Assembly: GCA_964566225.1 (NCBI GenBank)
Contig: CAZMHV010000001.1
Location: 149,963 to 213,962, forward strand
From: an uncultured Gammaproteobacteria bacterium
GTDB lineage: Bacteria; Patescibacteriota; Patescibacteriia; Magasanikbacterales; UBA922
Length of the DNA stretch: 64,000 nt
Direction: 5' to 3'
The translations under genes and the position numbers were made by a program. Every line of letters begins with the position of its first letter. Positions within the stretch are counted from its first letter, which is position 1. Below are positions 1 to 9,760 of the stretch, one piece after another. The notes beneath the pieces are model-generated. The model made no database searches. It was not told the origin of the DNA and saw nothing but the letters and a program-made list of their open reading frames with translations.

Positions 1-1
1 T

Positions 2-1012
2 GGCAGTTATAGTGCACACGAAGATGTTGCCCTTTTTGTCCGTGAAGAAAAAAATCTTGATGAAACAGAAAAAGAAATGCAAGAAGTAGAAGCCGTTCGT
101 GGGAATTCTATGGAAGACGGTGTTGCGTTGCACAACTTACCACTCTGGCAGCAAATGAAAAATGTGATGATGGTAGATGAAAAAGGAAATTTTGTTTTGG
201 CCGTTATTCGAGGGGATTTGGATGTCAACGAAACAAAACTTAAACATGTTGTCGATGCTCATGATTTGCGTTTTGCTACTGAAGAAGAAATTCGTGAACT
301 GGGCTCTGAACCTGGATTTATTTCTCCTGTTGGCATGAATAAAAAAGTGAAAATTATTGGAGATCAATCGTTACGGACTATAAAAAATGCGTATACTGGT
401 TCCAATAAAAAGCACCGAGATTTGGTGAATGTAAATATTGACCGAGATTATACCGTTGATACAGAAGCTGATATTGCCCTGGCTCAAGAAGGGTATACTG
501 CACAAAATGGAATGAAACTCGTAGCTACGAAAGGTATTGAAGTAGGAAATATTTTTCAACTTGGAAATCACTATAGTTCACGCATGCATGCAACATTTGT
601 GGACACCGAAGGCAAAGAGGTTGAATACTATATGGGTTGTTATGGTATTGGTATTGGCCGTACTTTGGCAACTATTGTTGAAAAATACCATGATGAAAAA
701 GGAATTCTTTGGCCAGAATCAGTGGCTCCATTTCGTGTTCACCTGATTTCTCTTTGTCGAACTGATGAACACAAGGCGCAAGCAGAAAGTCTGTATCAAG
801 AACTTTTAAGCAGAGGTATTGAAGTGCTCTTTGATGACCGTGAAGAAATGACTGCAGGGGCAAAATTTGCTGATTCTGATCTTATTGGTATTTCAACTCG
901 TGTCGTGGTAAGTCCACGAACACTTGAAAATAATAGTGTAGAAGTAAAAAAACGAAATGAATCTGATGCCAAAGTTGTATCAAGAGAGGAACTGTTTACT
1001 TTGTTTGCATAA
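2..1012 (+). CDS. proS: Prolyl-tRNA synthetase (bacterial type with INS editing domain), 5'-partial; only the C-terminal ~337 aa lie in the window
   Basis: The frame of the 77..1012 ORF stays open back to the window edge. The INS-like segment and C-terminal anticodon-binding domain (GCYGIGIGR, HLISL) are typical of class II ProRS. Confidence 0.88.
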   Translation, partial: GSYSAHEDVALFVREEKNLDETEKEMQEVEAVRGNSMEDGVALHNLPLWQQMKNVMMVDEKGNFVLAVIRGDLDVNETKLKHVVDAHDLRFATEEEIRELGSEPGFISPVGMNKKVKIIGDQSLRTIKNAYTGSNKKHRDLVNVNIDRDYTVDTEADIALAQEGYTAQNGMKLVATKGIEVGNIFQLGNHYSSRMHATFVDTEGKEVEYYMGCYGIGIGRTLATIVEKYHDEKGILWPESVAPFRVHLISLCRTDEHKAQAESLYQELLSRGIEVLFDDREEMTAGAKFADSDLIGISTRVVVSPRTLENNSVEVKKRNESDAKVVSREELFTLFA

Positions 1013-1054
1013 ATTGTTGTGTCGCATTCACAATTATTTCTTTGAAAGAATTGT

Positions 1055-2101
1055 ATGTTTGGTTTTGGAAAGAAAATGAATGATATTGGGATTGACCTTG
1101 GTACGGCCAATACTTTGGTATACATCAAAGAAAAAGGAATTGTGGTCAATGAACCAACGGTGGTTGCTCTCAATACCAAAACGGAACAGATTTTGGCAGT
1201 AGGAAATGAAGCTAAGCAAATGCTTGGCAAAACTCCACCTCATATTACGGTTACCCGGCCTCTCACCAATGGTATTATTTCTGACTACGAAGTAGCCGAA
1301 AAACTGTTGAAGCACTTTATAGAAAAGGTATTTGATCAAAATCCATCACTGTTTAGTCGTCCTCGCATTGTGATTGCTGTGCCAATGGGGGTGACTGAAG
1401 TAGAAGCCAAGGCCGTTGAAGACGCTGCTATTGCAGCAGGTGCTCGTGAAATTTCGATTGTCCAAGAACCTATGGCTGCTGCTATTGGTGCACGAATGCC
1501 AATCAATGATCCTATTGGGAATATGGTTATAGATATTGGTGGAGGAACTACTCAGGTTGCGGTTATTTCACTTCAGGGTGTTGTTGCTTGGAAATCAAGT
1601 CATATTGCAGGTGATGAACTCAATCGAAATATCATCCAATACGCACGTGATGTATTTAATTTATTTATTGGAGAAAGTTTAGCCGAAAATATAAAAACCA
1701 AAATTGGTTCTGCAACTGAACTTTCTGAACGAATGCAATTTGGTATGCGTGGCAGAGACGTGATGAGTGGGCTTCCAAAAGAAATCATGGTGACTGACCA
1801 TCATATTCGCGAAGCATTGTCTCGTTCAGTACGATCTATTGTAGATCTTATCAAAATGGCCCTTGAAGTGACTCCTCCGGAGCTTACCGCAGATATTCAT
1901 GAACGAGGGATCCTCCTTACGGGTGGGGGTTCATTGCTTCGAGGACTTGACACGATCATTCATAATGAAACAGAAATTCCTGTTCGTGTAGCCGACGACC
2001 CTTTGACTGCCGTGGTCCGAGGAACTGGAATTTTACTCGAAGACGAACAGCTTCTCAAACAAGTTGTTTTACCTTCTGCGAGAACGGCACGACATTATTA
2101 G
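1055..2101 (+). CDS. mreB: Rod shape-determining actin-like ATPase MreB (possible alternative start at 1076, MNDIGIDLG)
   Basis: Actin-fold phosphate motifs (IGIDLGTANT, DIGGGTT) and full-length similarity to MreB. Confidence 0.93.
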   Translation: MFGFGKKMNDIGIDLGTANTLVYIKEKGIVVNEPTVVALNTKTEQILAVGNEAKQMLGKTPPHITVTRPLTNGIISDYEVAEKLLKHFIEKVFDQNPSLFSRPRIVIAVPMGVTEVEAKAVEDAAIAAGAREISIVQEPMAAAIGARMPINDPIGNMVIDIGGGTTQVAVISLQGVVAWKSSHIAGDELNRNIIQYARDVFNLFIGESLAENIKTKIGSATELSERMQFGMRGRDVMSGLPKEIMVTDHHIREALSRSVRSIVDLIKMALEVTPPELTADIHERGILLTGGGSLLRGLDTIIHNETEIPVRVADDPLTAVVRGTGILLEDEQLLKQVVLPSARTARHY

Positions 2102-2126
2102 CATGGGTGATGATTTCACTCTCTAA

Positions 2127-2150
2127 CCCGGTTTTTCCGGGTTTTCGTTT
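2127..2150 (+). terminator. Intercistronic hairpin with T-tract between mreB and mreC (attenuator or partial terminator)
   Basis: AACCCGGTTTTTCCGGGTT followed by TTCGTTTCT. Confidence 0.45.
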
Positions 2151-2152
2151 CT

Positions 2153-2968
2153 ATGTACCGAAATCAATTTCAAAAATTTATTGGAATCTTGGTTGTCGTC
2201 GCACTTACGATTGCTTTGCATTTTTTGGGATGGCTTTCTCCTGTAGAAAATAGTATTCGATCGCTTTTGCAGCCTGGTTCAAAGTTGCTCTATCAATTAA
2301 GTCTGCGGATGCAACAAGAAAATCTTCCATTTACTGATGCTAATCAGTTTATCGCACACTATAAAAATTTGAGCATTGAAATTGACGAGTACAAACAAAA
2401 AGCAATTCAGTATGAAGTTCTCTCAGATGAGAATTCACAGTTACGTGAACAGCTTCACTTTTTTACAAGCACAACACTTGATCATGTCGGGGCAGAAGTT
2501 ATTGGAAAAAATATTGAACCACTCGCCAATACATTAGTACTTTCTCGAGGTGAAAGTGATGGGGTGCAAGTAGGTGATGCGGTAATAGTAAACAATGGGA
2601 TTCTGGTAGGAAAAATTTTACGCGTTGAAAAAGATATGTCCATTGCACGCTTGTTGAATGACCCACAGAGTAAAGTAGCGGCAACCGTACTCAACCAAAG
2701 CAAGAGTATTGGTTTGGTTGAAGGTGGATATGGGATTAGTGTGCGTATGAACTTTGTTCCACAAAATGAATTGATTGCTCCTGGTGATACGGTTATTACC
2801 TCTGGATTAGAAAAACAAATTCCTCGTGGACTTATTTTGGGAACAGTCGAAACAGTCCAAAAAGAAGCGTATGAACCATTTCAACAAGCTGTCCTTACCC
2901 CTGGAGCACCACTCGATAAAATCTATATTGTATCTATTCTGATTCATACACAGAATCAAACTCACTAA
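2153..2968 (+). CDS. mreC: Rod shape-determining protein MreC
   Basis: N-terminal TM segment, a coiled-coil segment and a C-terminal beta domain (GDAVIVNNGILVGKI...). It sits directly downstream of mreB. Confidence 0.82.
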   Translation: MYRNQFQKFIGILVVVALTIALHFLGWLSPVENSIRSLLQPGSKLLYQLSLRMQQENLPFTDANQFIAHYKNLSIEIDEYKQKAIQYEVLSDENSQLREQLHFFTSTTLDHVGAEVIGKNIEPLANTLVLSRGESDGVQVGDAVIVNNGILVGKILRVEKDMSIARLLNDPQSKVAATVLNQSKSIGLVEGGYGISVRMNFVPQNELIAPGDTVITSGLEKQIPRGLILGTVETVQKEAYEPFQQAVLTPGAPLDKIYIVSILIHTQNQTH

Positions 2969-2971
2969 AGC

Positions 2972-3505
2972 ATGAAATTTTTTCTTTCTCTTTTGACTAA
3001 AATTGTTTTTTTGCTGACGCTTGTTATTGCTCATTTTTTTATATCGTATTCTTTTGCGTTTCCTTATAATACTATCAATATTATCTTTGCCGCACTTATT
3101 TTATTTATGGTATTTTCAGAGACTGGAGTAATTGTGTGGATGTCTTTTTTTATGCATTTTTGTATTGAATTGTATAGTATCTCTCCATTTGGTGTTATTT
3201 TGCTGAGTAGTACTTTGAGTATTTTGTTTACGTATTGGCTTTTTCAAACCGTTTTTACCAACCGTTCATGGTATTCAACTATATTTTTAACGTTTGTTTC
3301 ATTATTTTTTTATCGGTTTCTTTCGTTGCTCTTTTTATTTCTTATATTTTTCTTTTTTCAAAAAAGTACAGAAATTTCTTGGGGGAATATGTTGATACTT
3401 TCTGGGTATGAGTTATTTTTTACAGAGATTTTGGTACTTATCAGTTATGCTTTTTTACCAAAATTTCGAAAAAGTTTAATACGCGTACGGTCAAAAGTTT
3501 TATGA
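2972..3505 (+). CDS. mreD: Polytopic membrane protein, probably MreD
   Basis: Five to six hydrophobic helices and no soluble domain. Position between mreC and PBP2 matches the conserved mreBCD-mrdA order. Confidence 0.55.
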   Translation: MKFFLSLLTKIVFLLTLVIAHFFISYSFAFPYNTINIIFAALILFMVFSETGVIVWMSFFMHFCIELYSISPFGVILLSSTLSILFTYWLFQTVFTNRSWYSTIFLTFVSLFFYRFLSLLFLFLIFFFFQKSTEISWGNMLILSGYELFFTEILVLISYAFLPKFRKSLIRVRSKVL

Positions 3506-5499
3506 AAAATTTGGGAACTCCATTTTTTGAAGGATTATTTGACGAGAGTTCGTACGAAGTTTCGTCAAAGCGAACAAAATTCAATTGGGTTGAGGAGTCT
3601 TTTGTATTTGATAAAGAAACAGGTAAACAGGTTGCCAGTATCCAGAGCAATGAGTATATTGGGAGTTCTCTCACGAGGCATAGACTCTATGCCTTCTTGG
3701 TTATTTTAGGTTGTATTTATGTTATTTTGTTGGTTAAAATAATTTTTTTGCAGCTGGTTCATGGTGGATCATATGCACAAAAAGCACAAGGTAACCGTCA
3801 ACGTATTATTCCTATTGCTGCTGAAAGAGGTCTTGTATTTGATCGCAATGGTGTGGAACTTACCAAAAATATTCCCAGTTTTTCGTTGGCTCTTATTCCA
3901 CAAGATTTGCCACGCAATTCTGCTGAACGTGAAAAAATTGTAACACGACTGGCAGAAATTACTCACCAAGATCAAAAAAGTATTCGTGATACACTTGAAG
4001 AATACGGCGCCTACAGCTACGAGTCTATTGTGATTGAAGAAGATATTGACTATGAAACAGCACTTCAACTACAAATTGAAAGTGCGGATCTGCCTGGTAT
4101 TTATATTAAGCGTGGAAGTAAACGCTTGTATATTTTGGGTGAAAATAGTCGCGGTGAGACAACAACGTCAACTTTGTTATCTCTCTCGCATATTTTAGGA
4201 TATGAGGGAAAATTGAATCGTAAAGAACTCGACAGTTTGTATACAAAAGGATATCTTCCGTCAGATACTATTGGCAAAAGCGGGATTGAAAAATATTATG
4301 AGACAGAGTTACGTGGAGTGTATGGAAAACAAAAAATCGAAGTCAATGCTGCTGGGAAACAACAATCGAGTATTGCTGAAGAAGCTCCTCACCCTGGGGC
4401 ACAACTCACGCTTTCGGTTGATACTATAATGCAAGAAAAGTTAGAAAGTATAATGAAAGATGAAATGAATAAAGCCGGCAAAAAACGTGGTGCTGGTGTG
4501 GTATTGAATCCAAATACTGGTGAAGTGTTGGCCTTGGTAAGTTTACCTTCTTTTGATAACAATGATTTCTCAGGAGGAATTTCTGTACAAAAATATAATG
4601 AATATATAAATGACCCTGATCATCCTTTATTTAACCGAGCTTTTGGTGGTAACTATCCTTCTGGATCAACGATCAAGCCGGTTTTTGCTGCGGCTGCATT
4701 GCAAGAAGGAATTGTTTCGCCTTCAACAGCATTTTTGAGTAATGGTGGTCTTCAGGTAGGCAAGTGGTTTTTTCCAGATTGGAAAGCAGGTGGTCATGGT
4801 ATGACCGATGTCCGTAAGTCTTTGGCTGAATCTGTCAACACATTTTATTATTACATAGGTGGTGGATACAAAGATTTTACAGGTATTGGTGTAGATAAAT
4901 TGGATGAATATTTACAAAAATTTCATTTTTCAAAGGCACTGGGTATTGATGTCCCTGGAGAAGTTGATGGTTTTGTCCCTACACGAGAGTCTCGAGAAAA
5001 ATTGGGTGAAAAGTGGTACGTAGGTGACACCTATAACTTGTCCATTGGACAGGGTGACTTACTCGTCACGCCTCTGCAGATTGCTTCGATGACATCATAC
5101 TTTGCCAATGGAGGAACAATGTATAGACCATTTGTTGCCAAGTCATTTACAGATCCTATTTCCAAAGTCTCTCGTGCTACTCCTCCCACTGTACTCACCA
5201 AAAATTTGGTGGACAAAAAAAATACTGAGATTGTTCGTCTCGGTATGAAAGATTGTGTCACTCAAGGCTCTTGTCGTCGACTGGCAACCCTTCCTTTTAG
5301 TGCCGCAGGCAAAACAGGAACGGCTCAGTGGAATGCTAACAAAGCCAATCATGCTTGGTTTACCTCTTTTGCTCCATTTGAAAATCCACAAGTTGTGGTA
5401 ACTATTTTGATAGAAGAAGGTGAAGAGGGAAGTCGTATTGCGGTACCTATTGCACATGAGTTTTATAAATGGTGGGGGACCTATGATAAAAAAAATTGA
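3502..5499 (+). CDS. mrdA: Penicillin-binding protein 2 (elongasome transpeptidase)
   Basis: N-terminal TM anchor plus PBP dimerisation domain, with transpeptidase motifs SxxK (STIKP), SxN-like SIGQGD and KTGTA. The 4-nt overlap with mreD suggests translational coupling. Confidence 0.9.
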   Translation: MKNLGTPFFEGLFDESSYEVSSKRTKFNWVEESFVFDKETGKQVASIQSNEYIGSSLTRHRLYAFLVILGCIYVILLVKIIFLQLVHGGSYAQKAQGNRQRIIPIAAERGLVFDRNGVELTKNIPSFSLALIPQDLPRNSAEREKIVTRLAEITHQDQKSIRDTLEEYGAYSYESIVIEEDIDYETALQLQIESADLPGIYIKRGSKRLYILGENSRGETTTSTLLSLSHILGYEGKLNRKELDSLYTKGYLPSDTIGKSGIEKYYETELRGVYGKQKIEVNAAGKQQSSIAEEAPHPGAQLTLSVDTIMQEKLESIMKDEMNKAGKKRGAGVVLNPNTGEVLALVSLPSFDNNDFSGGISVQKYNEYINDPDHPLFNRAFGGNYPSGSTIKPVFAAAALQEGIVSPSTAFLSNGGLQVGKWFFPDWKAGGHGMTDVRKSLAESVNTFYYYIGGGYKDFTGIGVDKLDEYLQKFHFSKALGIDVPGEVDGFVPTRESREKLGEKWYVGDTYNLSIGQGDLLVTPLQIASMTSYFANGGTMYRPFVAKSFTDPISKVSRATPPTVLTKNLVDKKNTEIVRLGMKDCVTQGSCRRLATLPFSAAGKTGTAQWNANKANHAWFTSFAPFENPQVVVTILIEEGEEGSRIAVPIAHEFYKWWGTYDKKN

Positions 5500-5603
5500 T
5501 TGTGGATAAAAATTTGACGAAACACAGCGAAAACGGTACAGTATAGAAAATAATCAATAAACTTTTTCAAATATCCGCCCTGGCGGGTATATTTTATTCT
5601 CGT

Positions 5604-6068
5604 ATGGACGACTCAGTGCTCTATGTTTCTTCTGACAAGCTGTGCAAACTTCAAGAAGAACTCAAAAACTTAAGAGATGAAAAAATTCCTACCATTGCCA
5701 AACGTATCGACGATGCTCGTCAAATGGGGGATTTATCAGAAAATGCCGAATATCATGCTGCCCGTGAAGAAATGGCATGGGTACAAAGTCGTGTACTCGA
5801 ACTTGAGTATATCATTCAAAATGCTCAAATTATTTCTGAAGACGTACACAGTGGAACTATCAATATTGGTTCTACTTTTACTGTGGAAGTAAACGGTAAA
5901 AATAAAGATTTTACCATTGTCGGTGGGCAAGAAGCAGACCCATTTAGTGGAAAGATTTCCAATGAGTCGCCACTTGGCATGGGCTTTTTGGGCAAAAAAA
6001 AGGGTGATGTGGTTGAGGTCAAAATTCCAGCTGGAGTGCAAAAGTATAAGATTGTCAAAGTTCAATAA
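5604..6068 (+). CDS. greA: Transcription elongation factor GreA
   Basis: N-terminal coiled coil carrying the acidic tip (DLSENAEYHAAREE) and a C-terminal FKBP-like domain. Confidence 0.9.
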   Translation: MDDSVLYVSSDKLCKLQEELKNLRDEKIPTIAKRIDDARQMGDLSENAEYHAAREEMAWVQSRVLELEYIIQNAQIISEDVHSGTINIGSTFTVEVNGKNKDFTIVGGQEADPFSGKISNESPLGMGFLGKKKGDVVEVKIPAGVQKYKIVKVQ

Positions 6069-6211
6069 TAGCTTAAATTAGGTAAAAATTTAAACTGTTC
6101 GCTTTTTTAAAAAAGGCGTACCTTGCCCGCCGTAGTAGAAGCTGCCGCGGGTTTGCTTTTTTCGCCCAAATTTGGTATGATTTTACAGTAATTTTAGAGA
6201 AGAACTGTTCT

Positions 6212-8119
6212 ATGAACACTGAAGAAAAACAAGTCAACATCAATGACGAACGTGAAGTACGTTTACATAAAGTAGCCGAACTCCAAAAAATGGGGATTCC
6301 TTCGTTTCCGGCACAAGCAAATAAAAAAGATTCTTTGGCATTTGCGCTTGAAGCAGCCGAAGGAACTGCCATTCAAACTGCAGGCCGTATCATGACCAAA
6401 CGCGACATGGGCAAACTTATGTTTTGTCATTTGCAAGACGAAAGTACTCGCATGCAAATTGCCCTCAAAAAAGATGACCTCGGCGAAGAAAAATACAAAA
6501 CATTTTCCAAATTGATTGATGGTGGAGACATTGTAGAAATTACTGGAGAAAAATTTATTACCCACAAAGGTGAACCTTCAATTTTAGTGAGAGATTGGAA
6601 GCTCTTGACCAAAGCAGTACGACCATTGCCAGACAAATTTCATGGCGTCTCAGATGAAGAATTAAGATTGCGCAAACGTTATTTGGATTTGGTCATGAAT
6701 CCAGAACTTCGTGAGATGTTCCACAAAAAATCTAAATTTTGGGATGTGACACGCACATTCATGAAAGAACATGGATTTTTTGAAGTAGAAACTCCACTCC
6801 TCGAAACAACGACTGGTGGAGCAGAAGCCACACCATTTAAAACACATCACAATGATTTTGATCTTGATGTGTATTTGCGTATTTCTGTAGGTGAACTTTG
6901 GCAAAAACGTTTGATGGCCGGAGGCTTTGAAAAAACGTTTGAAATTGGCCGCGTATTCCGCAATGAAGGTTCAAGTCCAGACCACTTGCAAGAATTTACC
7001 AACATGGAATTTTACTGGGCCTATGCCAACTACAAAGATGGCATGAAGCTCGCTCAAGAACTCTATCAGCGTATTGCGCTTGAAGTATTTGGTAAAACCA
7101 AATTTACGAGTAAAGGCTATGAATATGATTTGGCAGGGGAGTGGCCAGAAGTAGACTATGTGGGTGAAATCAAAAAACAAACGGGTGTAGATATTTTGTC
7201 TGCGACTGAAGAAGAAATGAAAGCAAAGCTGAGTGAACTCAAAGTGGTATACGAAGGACAAAATCGTGAACGTCTCACTGACACACTCTGGAAATACTGC
7301 CGCAAAAATATTGCTGGTCCTGCATTTTTGGTGAACCATCCAAAATTGGTTTCGGCTCTTTCAAAAGCACACTCAGAGAATCCAGAACTCACGGAACGTT
7401 TTCAAATTATTATTGCAGGAAGTGAAGTGGGCAATGGTTACTCTGAGTTGAACGATCCAATTGATCAACGCGCCCGTTTTGAAGTCCAACAAAAACTTAT
7501 TGAACGTGGTGACAGTGAAGCCATGATGCCTGACTGGGAGTTTGTGGAAATGCTTGAACATGGAATGCCACCAACCTGTGGATTTGGTTTTGGTGAACGT
7601 TTATTTGCATTCCTCATGGATAAACCAATTCGTGAATGTGTGCTCTTTCCGCTCATGAAACCAGAAGAAGGACAAGAATCTACCGAAGGAAAATCCAAAA
7701 AAACCATGGTGGCACATGCGGTCTTGCTCAACACTCCAGAAGTTCCAACCTGGAGTAAACTCAATGCTGCCGCACATCTTTCGGCATCACTGGCTGCCCG
7801 TGAAGGACGTAAACTCATTCATATTGATCATGCCACAACAACCGATGGTGAGTCTATTCCCATGAATATTCAACACGCCATCATGATGAAAGAAACTGAC
7901 TCACGAACCGCTCTTTTGGAACTCAAACGCAAAGCCGATGAACTTGGACTCGTGGTAACCTGTTTTACCGAAGAAATGCGTGATTCCAGTAATGACGAAA
8001 AAGTAAAAGCCAAACAAGAAGGAAAAAGTGCAAATGATATTTCTTTTCTTGGTGTATTAGTATTTGGTGAAATGAAAGTGGTCGAAAAATTGACTGCACA
8101 ATTTAGTCTTGTAAGTTAA
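6212..8119 (+). CDS. lysS: Class II lysyl-tRNA synthetase with an extra C-terminal PTH2/DUF2000-like domain of about 140 aa
   Basis: OB-fold anticodon domain and class II motifs 1-3 (FRNEG, GFGFGERL) are present. After residue ~490 the tail aligns to the peptidyl-tRNA hydrolase PTH2 fold (MVAHAV...KLNAAAHLSA...LLELKRKADELGL...LGVLVFG...FSLVS). Confidence 0.88.
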   Translation: MNTEEKQVNINDEREVRLHKVAELQKMGIPSFPAQANKKDSLAFALEAAEGTAIQTAGRIMTKRDMGKLMFCHLQDESTRMQIALKKDDLGEEKYKTFSKLIDGGDIVEITGEKFITHKGEPSILVRDWKLLTKAVRPLPDKFHGVSDEELRLRKRYLDLVMNPELREMFHKKSKFWDVTRTFMKEHGFFEVETPLLETTTGGAEATPFKTHHNDFDLDVYLRISVGELWQKRLMAGGFEKTFEIGRVFRNEGSSPDHLQEFTNMEFYWAYANYKDGMKLAQELYQRIALEVFGKTKFTSKGYEYDLAGEWPEVDYVGEIKKQTGVDILSATEEEMKAKLSELKVVYEGQNRERLTDTLWKYCRKNIAGPAFLVNHPKLVSALSKAHSENPELTERFQIIIAGSEVGNGYSELNDPIDQRARFEVQQKLIERGDSEAMMPDWEFVEMLEHGMPPTCGFGFGERLFAFLMDKPIRECVLFPLMKPEEGQESTEGKSKKTMVAHAVLLNTPEVPTWSKLNAAAHLSASLAAREGRKLIHIDHATTTDGESIPMNIQHAIMMKETDSRTALLELKRKADELGLVVTCFTEEMRDSSNDEKVKAKQEGKSANDISFLGVLVFGEMKVVEKLTAQFSLVS

Positions 8120-8126
8120 CCAGTAT

Positions 8127-8420
8127 ATGAAAAAATTTTTGTTTTTACTCTCATCTGTACTTATCGTCGTTGGAGCAGGATGTAATACCTCTGTTCAAAA
8201 GACTCGAGTCCCCGACACAGAGAACACCGTTCAAGAACCAGAAGTTACTCTTTCTGGTGAAGCCCAAAAAGCAAAAATAGAGTGTGAAAAACTTTCAGGT
8301 ATACCAGAAGTATATATCTCCGATATAAACATTCCGGATGAGAAAAGGATTGTTTGTAAATTTGCAGATAAAACTGAATGTGATCAAATAGATTTGAATG
8401 ATGGTTTTTGTAAAAGATAA
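8127..8420 (+). CDS. Small secreted lipoprotein with one DUF333 ('putative hemolysin'-type) Cys-rich domain
   Basis: Signal peptide with a lipobox-like VGAGC, followed by the C-x-G-x12-17-C-x-F-x-D-x-S-x-C-D pattern typical of PF03891. Confidence 0.5.
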   Translation: MKKFLFLLSSVLIVVGAGCNTSVQKTRVPDTENTVQEPEVTLSGEAQKAKIECEKLSGIPEVYISDINIPDEKRIVCKFADKTECDQIDLNDGFCKR

Positions 8421-8523
8421 ATTTTGTATAGTCTGCCAGCTGGGTATAAAATTAATACAGAGGTGATATACGTACAAAAGAAGAACTTGATTCAATTGTA
8501 AAATCATTGAAATTAAAATAAGT

Positions 8524-9069
8524 ATGCCCTTCCAAATTCTTTCTAAAAAAGAAATTTTCAAAGGAAAATTTAAAAGTCTCTGGGAGACTAAGTATTTAGA
8601 TAAAAATGGGAATGAACGAATTTGGGAATGGGTATTTAAAAAAGATTATGTTTCGGTGTTGGCGATTACGGCAGAGCAAGAGCTCGTCATTATAAAACAG
8701 TATAGAGTTGCCAATGAAAAGTATGTATATCAACCAGTGGCTGGTGAAATAGATACAACAGATGAAACACCGGAAGCAACCGCACAGCGTGAACTCATGG
8801 AAGAAATTGGTTATGGAGCAGAAAAATTTATTGCACTGCGTCCACAACTCAACTCACCTGGCACTCTCACCAACCTCTGCTATCCGTTTATTGCACTCAA
8901 CGCCTACCCAGTCAATAATAATCGTGGAGATGAGTCAGAAGAAATTGAGTTGGTGAAAATTCCCATGGATAAATTGTATGAATTTTATCAAAATTGTCCA
9001 GAGGATTGTGATTTTAGTATGCGAACTATTGCCACTTACGAAATAGCCAAACATTTACATTTACTATGA
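8524..9069 (+). CDS. Nudix hydrolase (ADP-ribose pyrophosphatase-like)
   Basis: Nudix box GEIDTTDETPEATAQRELMEEIGY. Confidence 0.8.
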   Translation: MPFQILSKKEIFKGKFKSLWETKYLDKNGNERIWEWVFKKDYVSVLAITAEQELVIIKQYRVANEKYVYQPVAGEIDTTDETPEATAQRELMEEIGYGAEKFIALRPQLNSPGTLTNLCYPFIALNAYPVNNNRGDESEEIELVKIPMDKLYEFYQNCPEDCDFSMRTIATYEIAKHLHLL

Positions 9070-9758
9070 AGTCACAAACTACATTTTATTTGTTTTTTAC
9101 AGTATTATTTTTGGTTGTGGTAGCCGAAGCAGCCTGGCAATTTTCAATACAAAAAGACAACTTGTTTGCCTCTCGTCGTATTGATGCGATTGATTTTCCA
9201 ATTACAGCGTCTTCCAAACAGCCTGAAACAAGTGGAGCACTTTTTAGTGATCCTGAATCTGATGTGACTTTTCAATATCCGCAAAGTTGGAGTCTTGAAA
9301 AAAAATTAGTTGAAAAAGAATTGCCACATGTTCGAGCTTGGCAGTTTCACGAAGGAGAAGTTATCAAAGCCAATTTTTTTTCTCCTATACATGAGACTTC
9401 TTTTGACGCATGTTCTACTGGTCAATATGCGTATTTGCATTCTTTTGGGACAAACGATCCAAGTACAAATGTCCTCGCAGAGGTTTGTGCTGCCTGTGAA
9501 GAGACAACCACAAGTACAAAAAATTGTTTTTTGAGCAATAAACCTGCAACTGCATATATTTATTGGGTACGGGGTATTCAAGCCAAAAAGCAAAAAGACC
9601 TTCTCTCAAATGTCGATACCCTTTCACTTATTCGTTTTGAACTCAAAAGTGACCAAGTTTCTATGGATCAAACGGTTGAAATGATAGAAAAAATTGCTGA
9701 AAGTTTACAATTTGTACCAATAACAAGTACATCATCTTTAATTCTTTCTTCATTGTAA
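9066..9758 (+). CDS. Hypothetical secreted protein
   Basis: N-terminal signal/TM segment and a Cys-containing soluble domain. The ATGA overlap with the upstream nudix gene suggests translational coupling. Confidence 0.45.
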   Translation: MKSQTTFYLFFTVLFLVVVAEAAWQFSIQKDNLFASRRIDAIDFPITASSKQPETSGALFSDPESDVTFQYPQSWSLEKKLVEKELPHVRAWQFHEGEVIKANFFSPIHETSFDACSTGQYAYLHSFGTNDPSTNVLAEVCAACEETTTSTKNCFLSNKPATAYIYWVRGIQAKKQKDLLSNVDTLSLIRFELKSDQVSMDQTVEMIEKIAESLQFVPITSTSSLILSSL

Positions 9759-9760
9759 GT

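Noticed and set aside
8127-8420. Annotating the DUF333 lipoprotein as a hemolysin
   Set aside because: The 'putative hemolysin' label of this family is historical. Nothing in the sequence (97 aa, Cys-knot-like) supports a pore-forming function.
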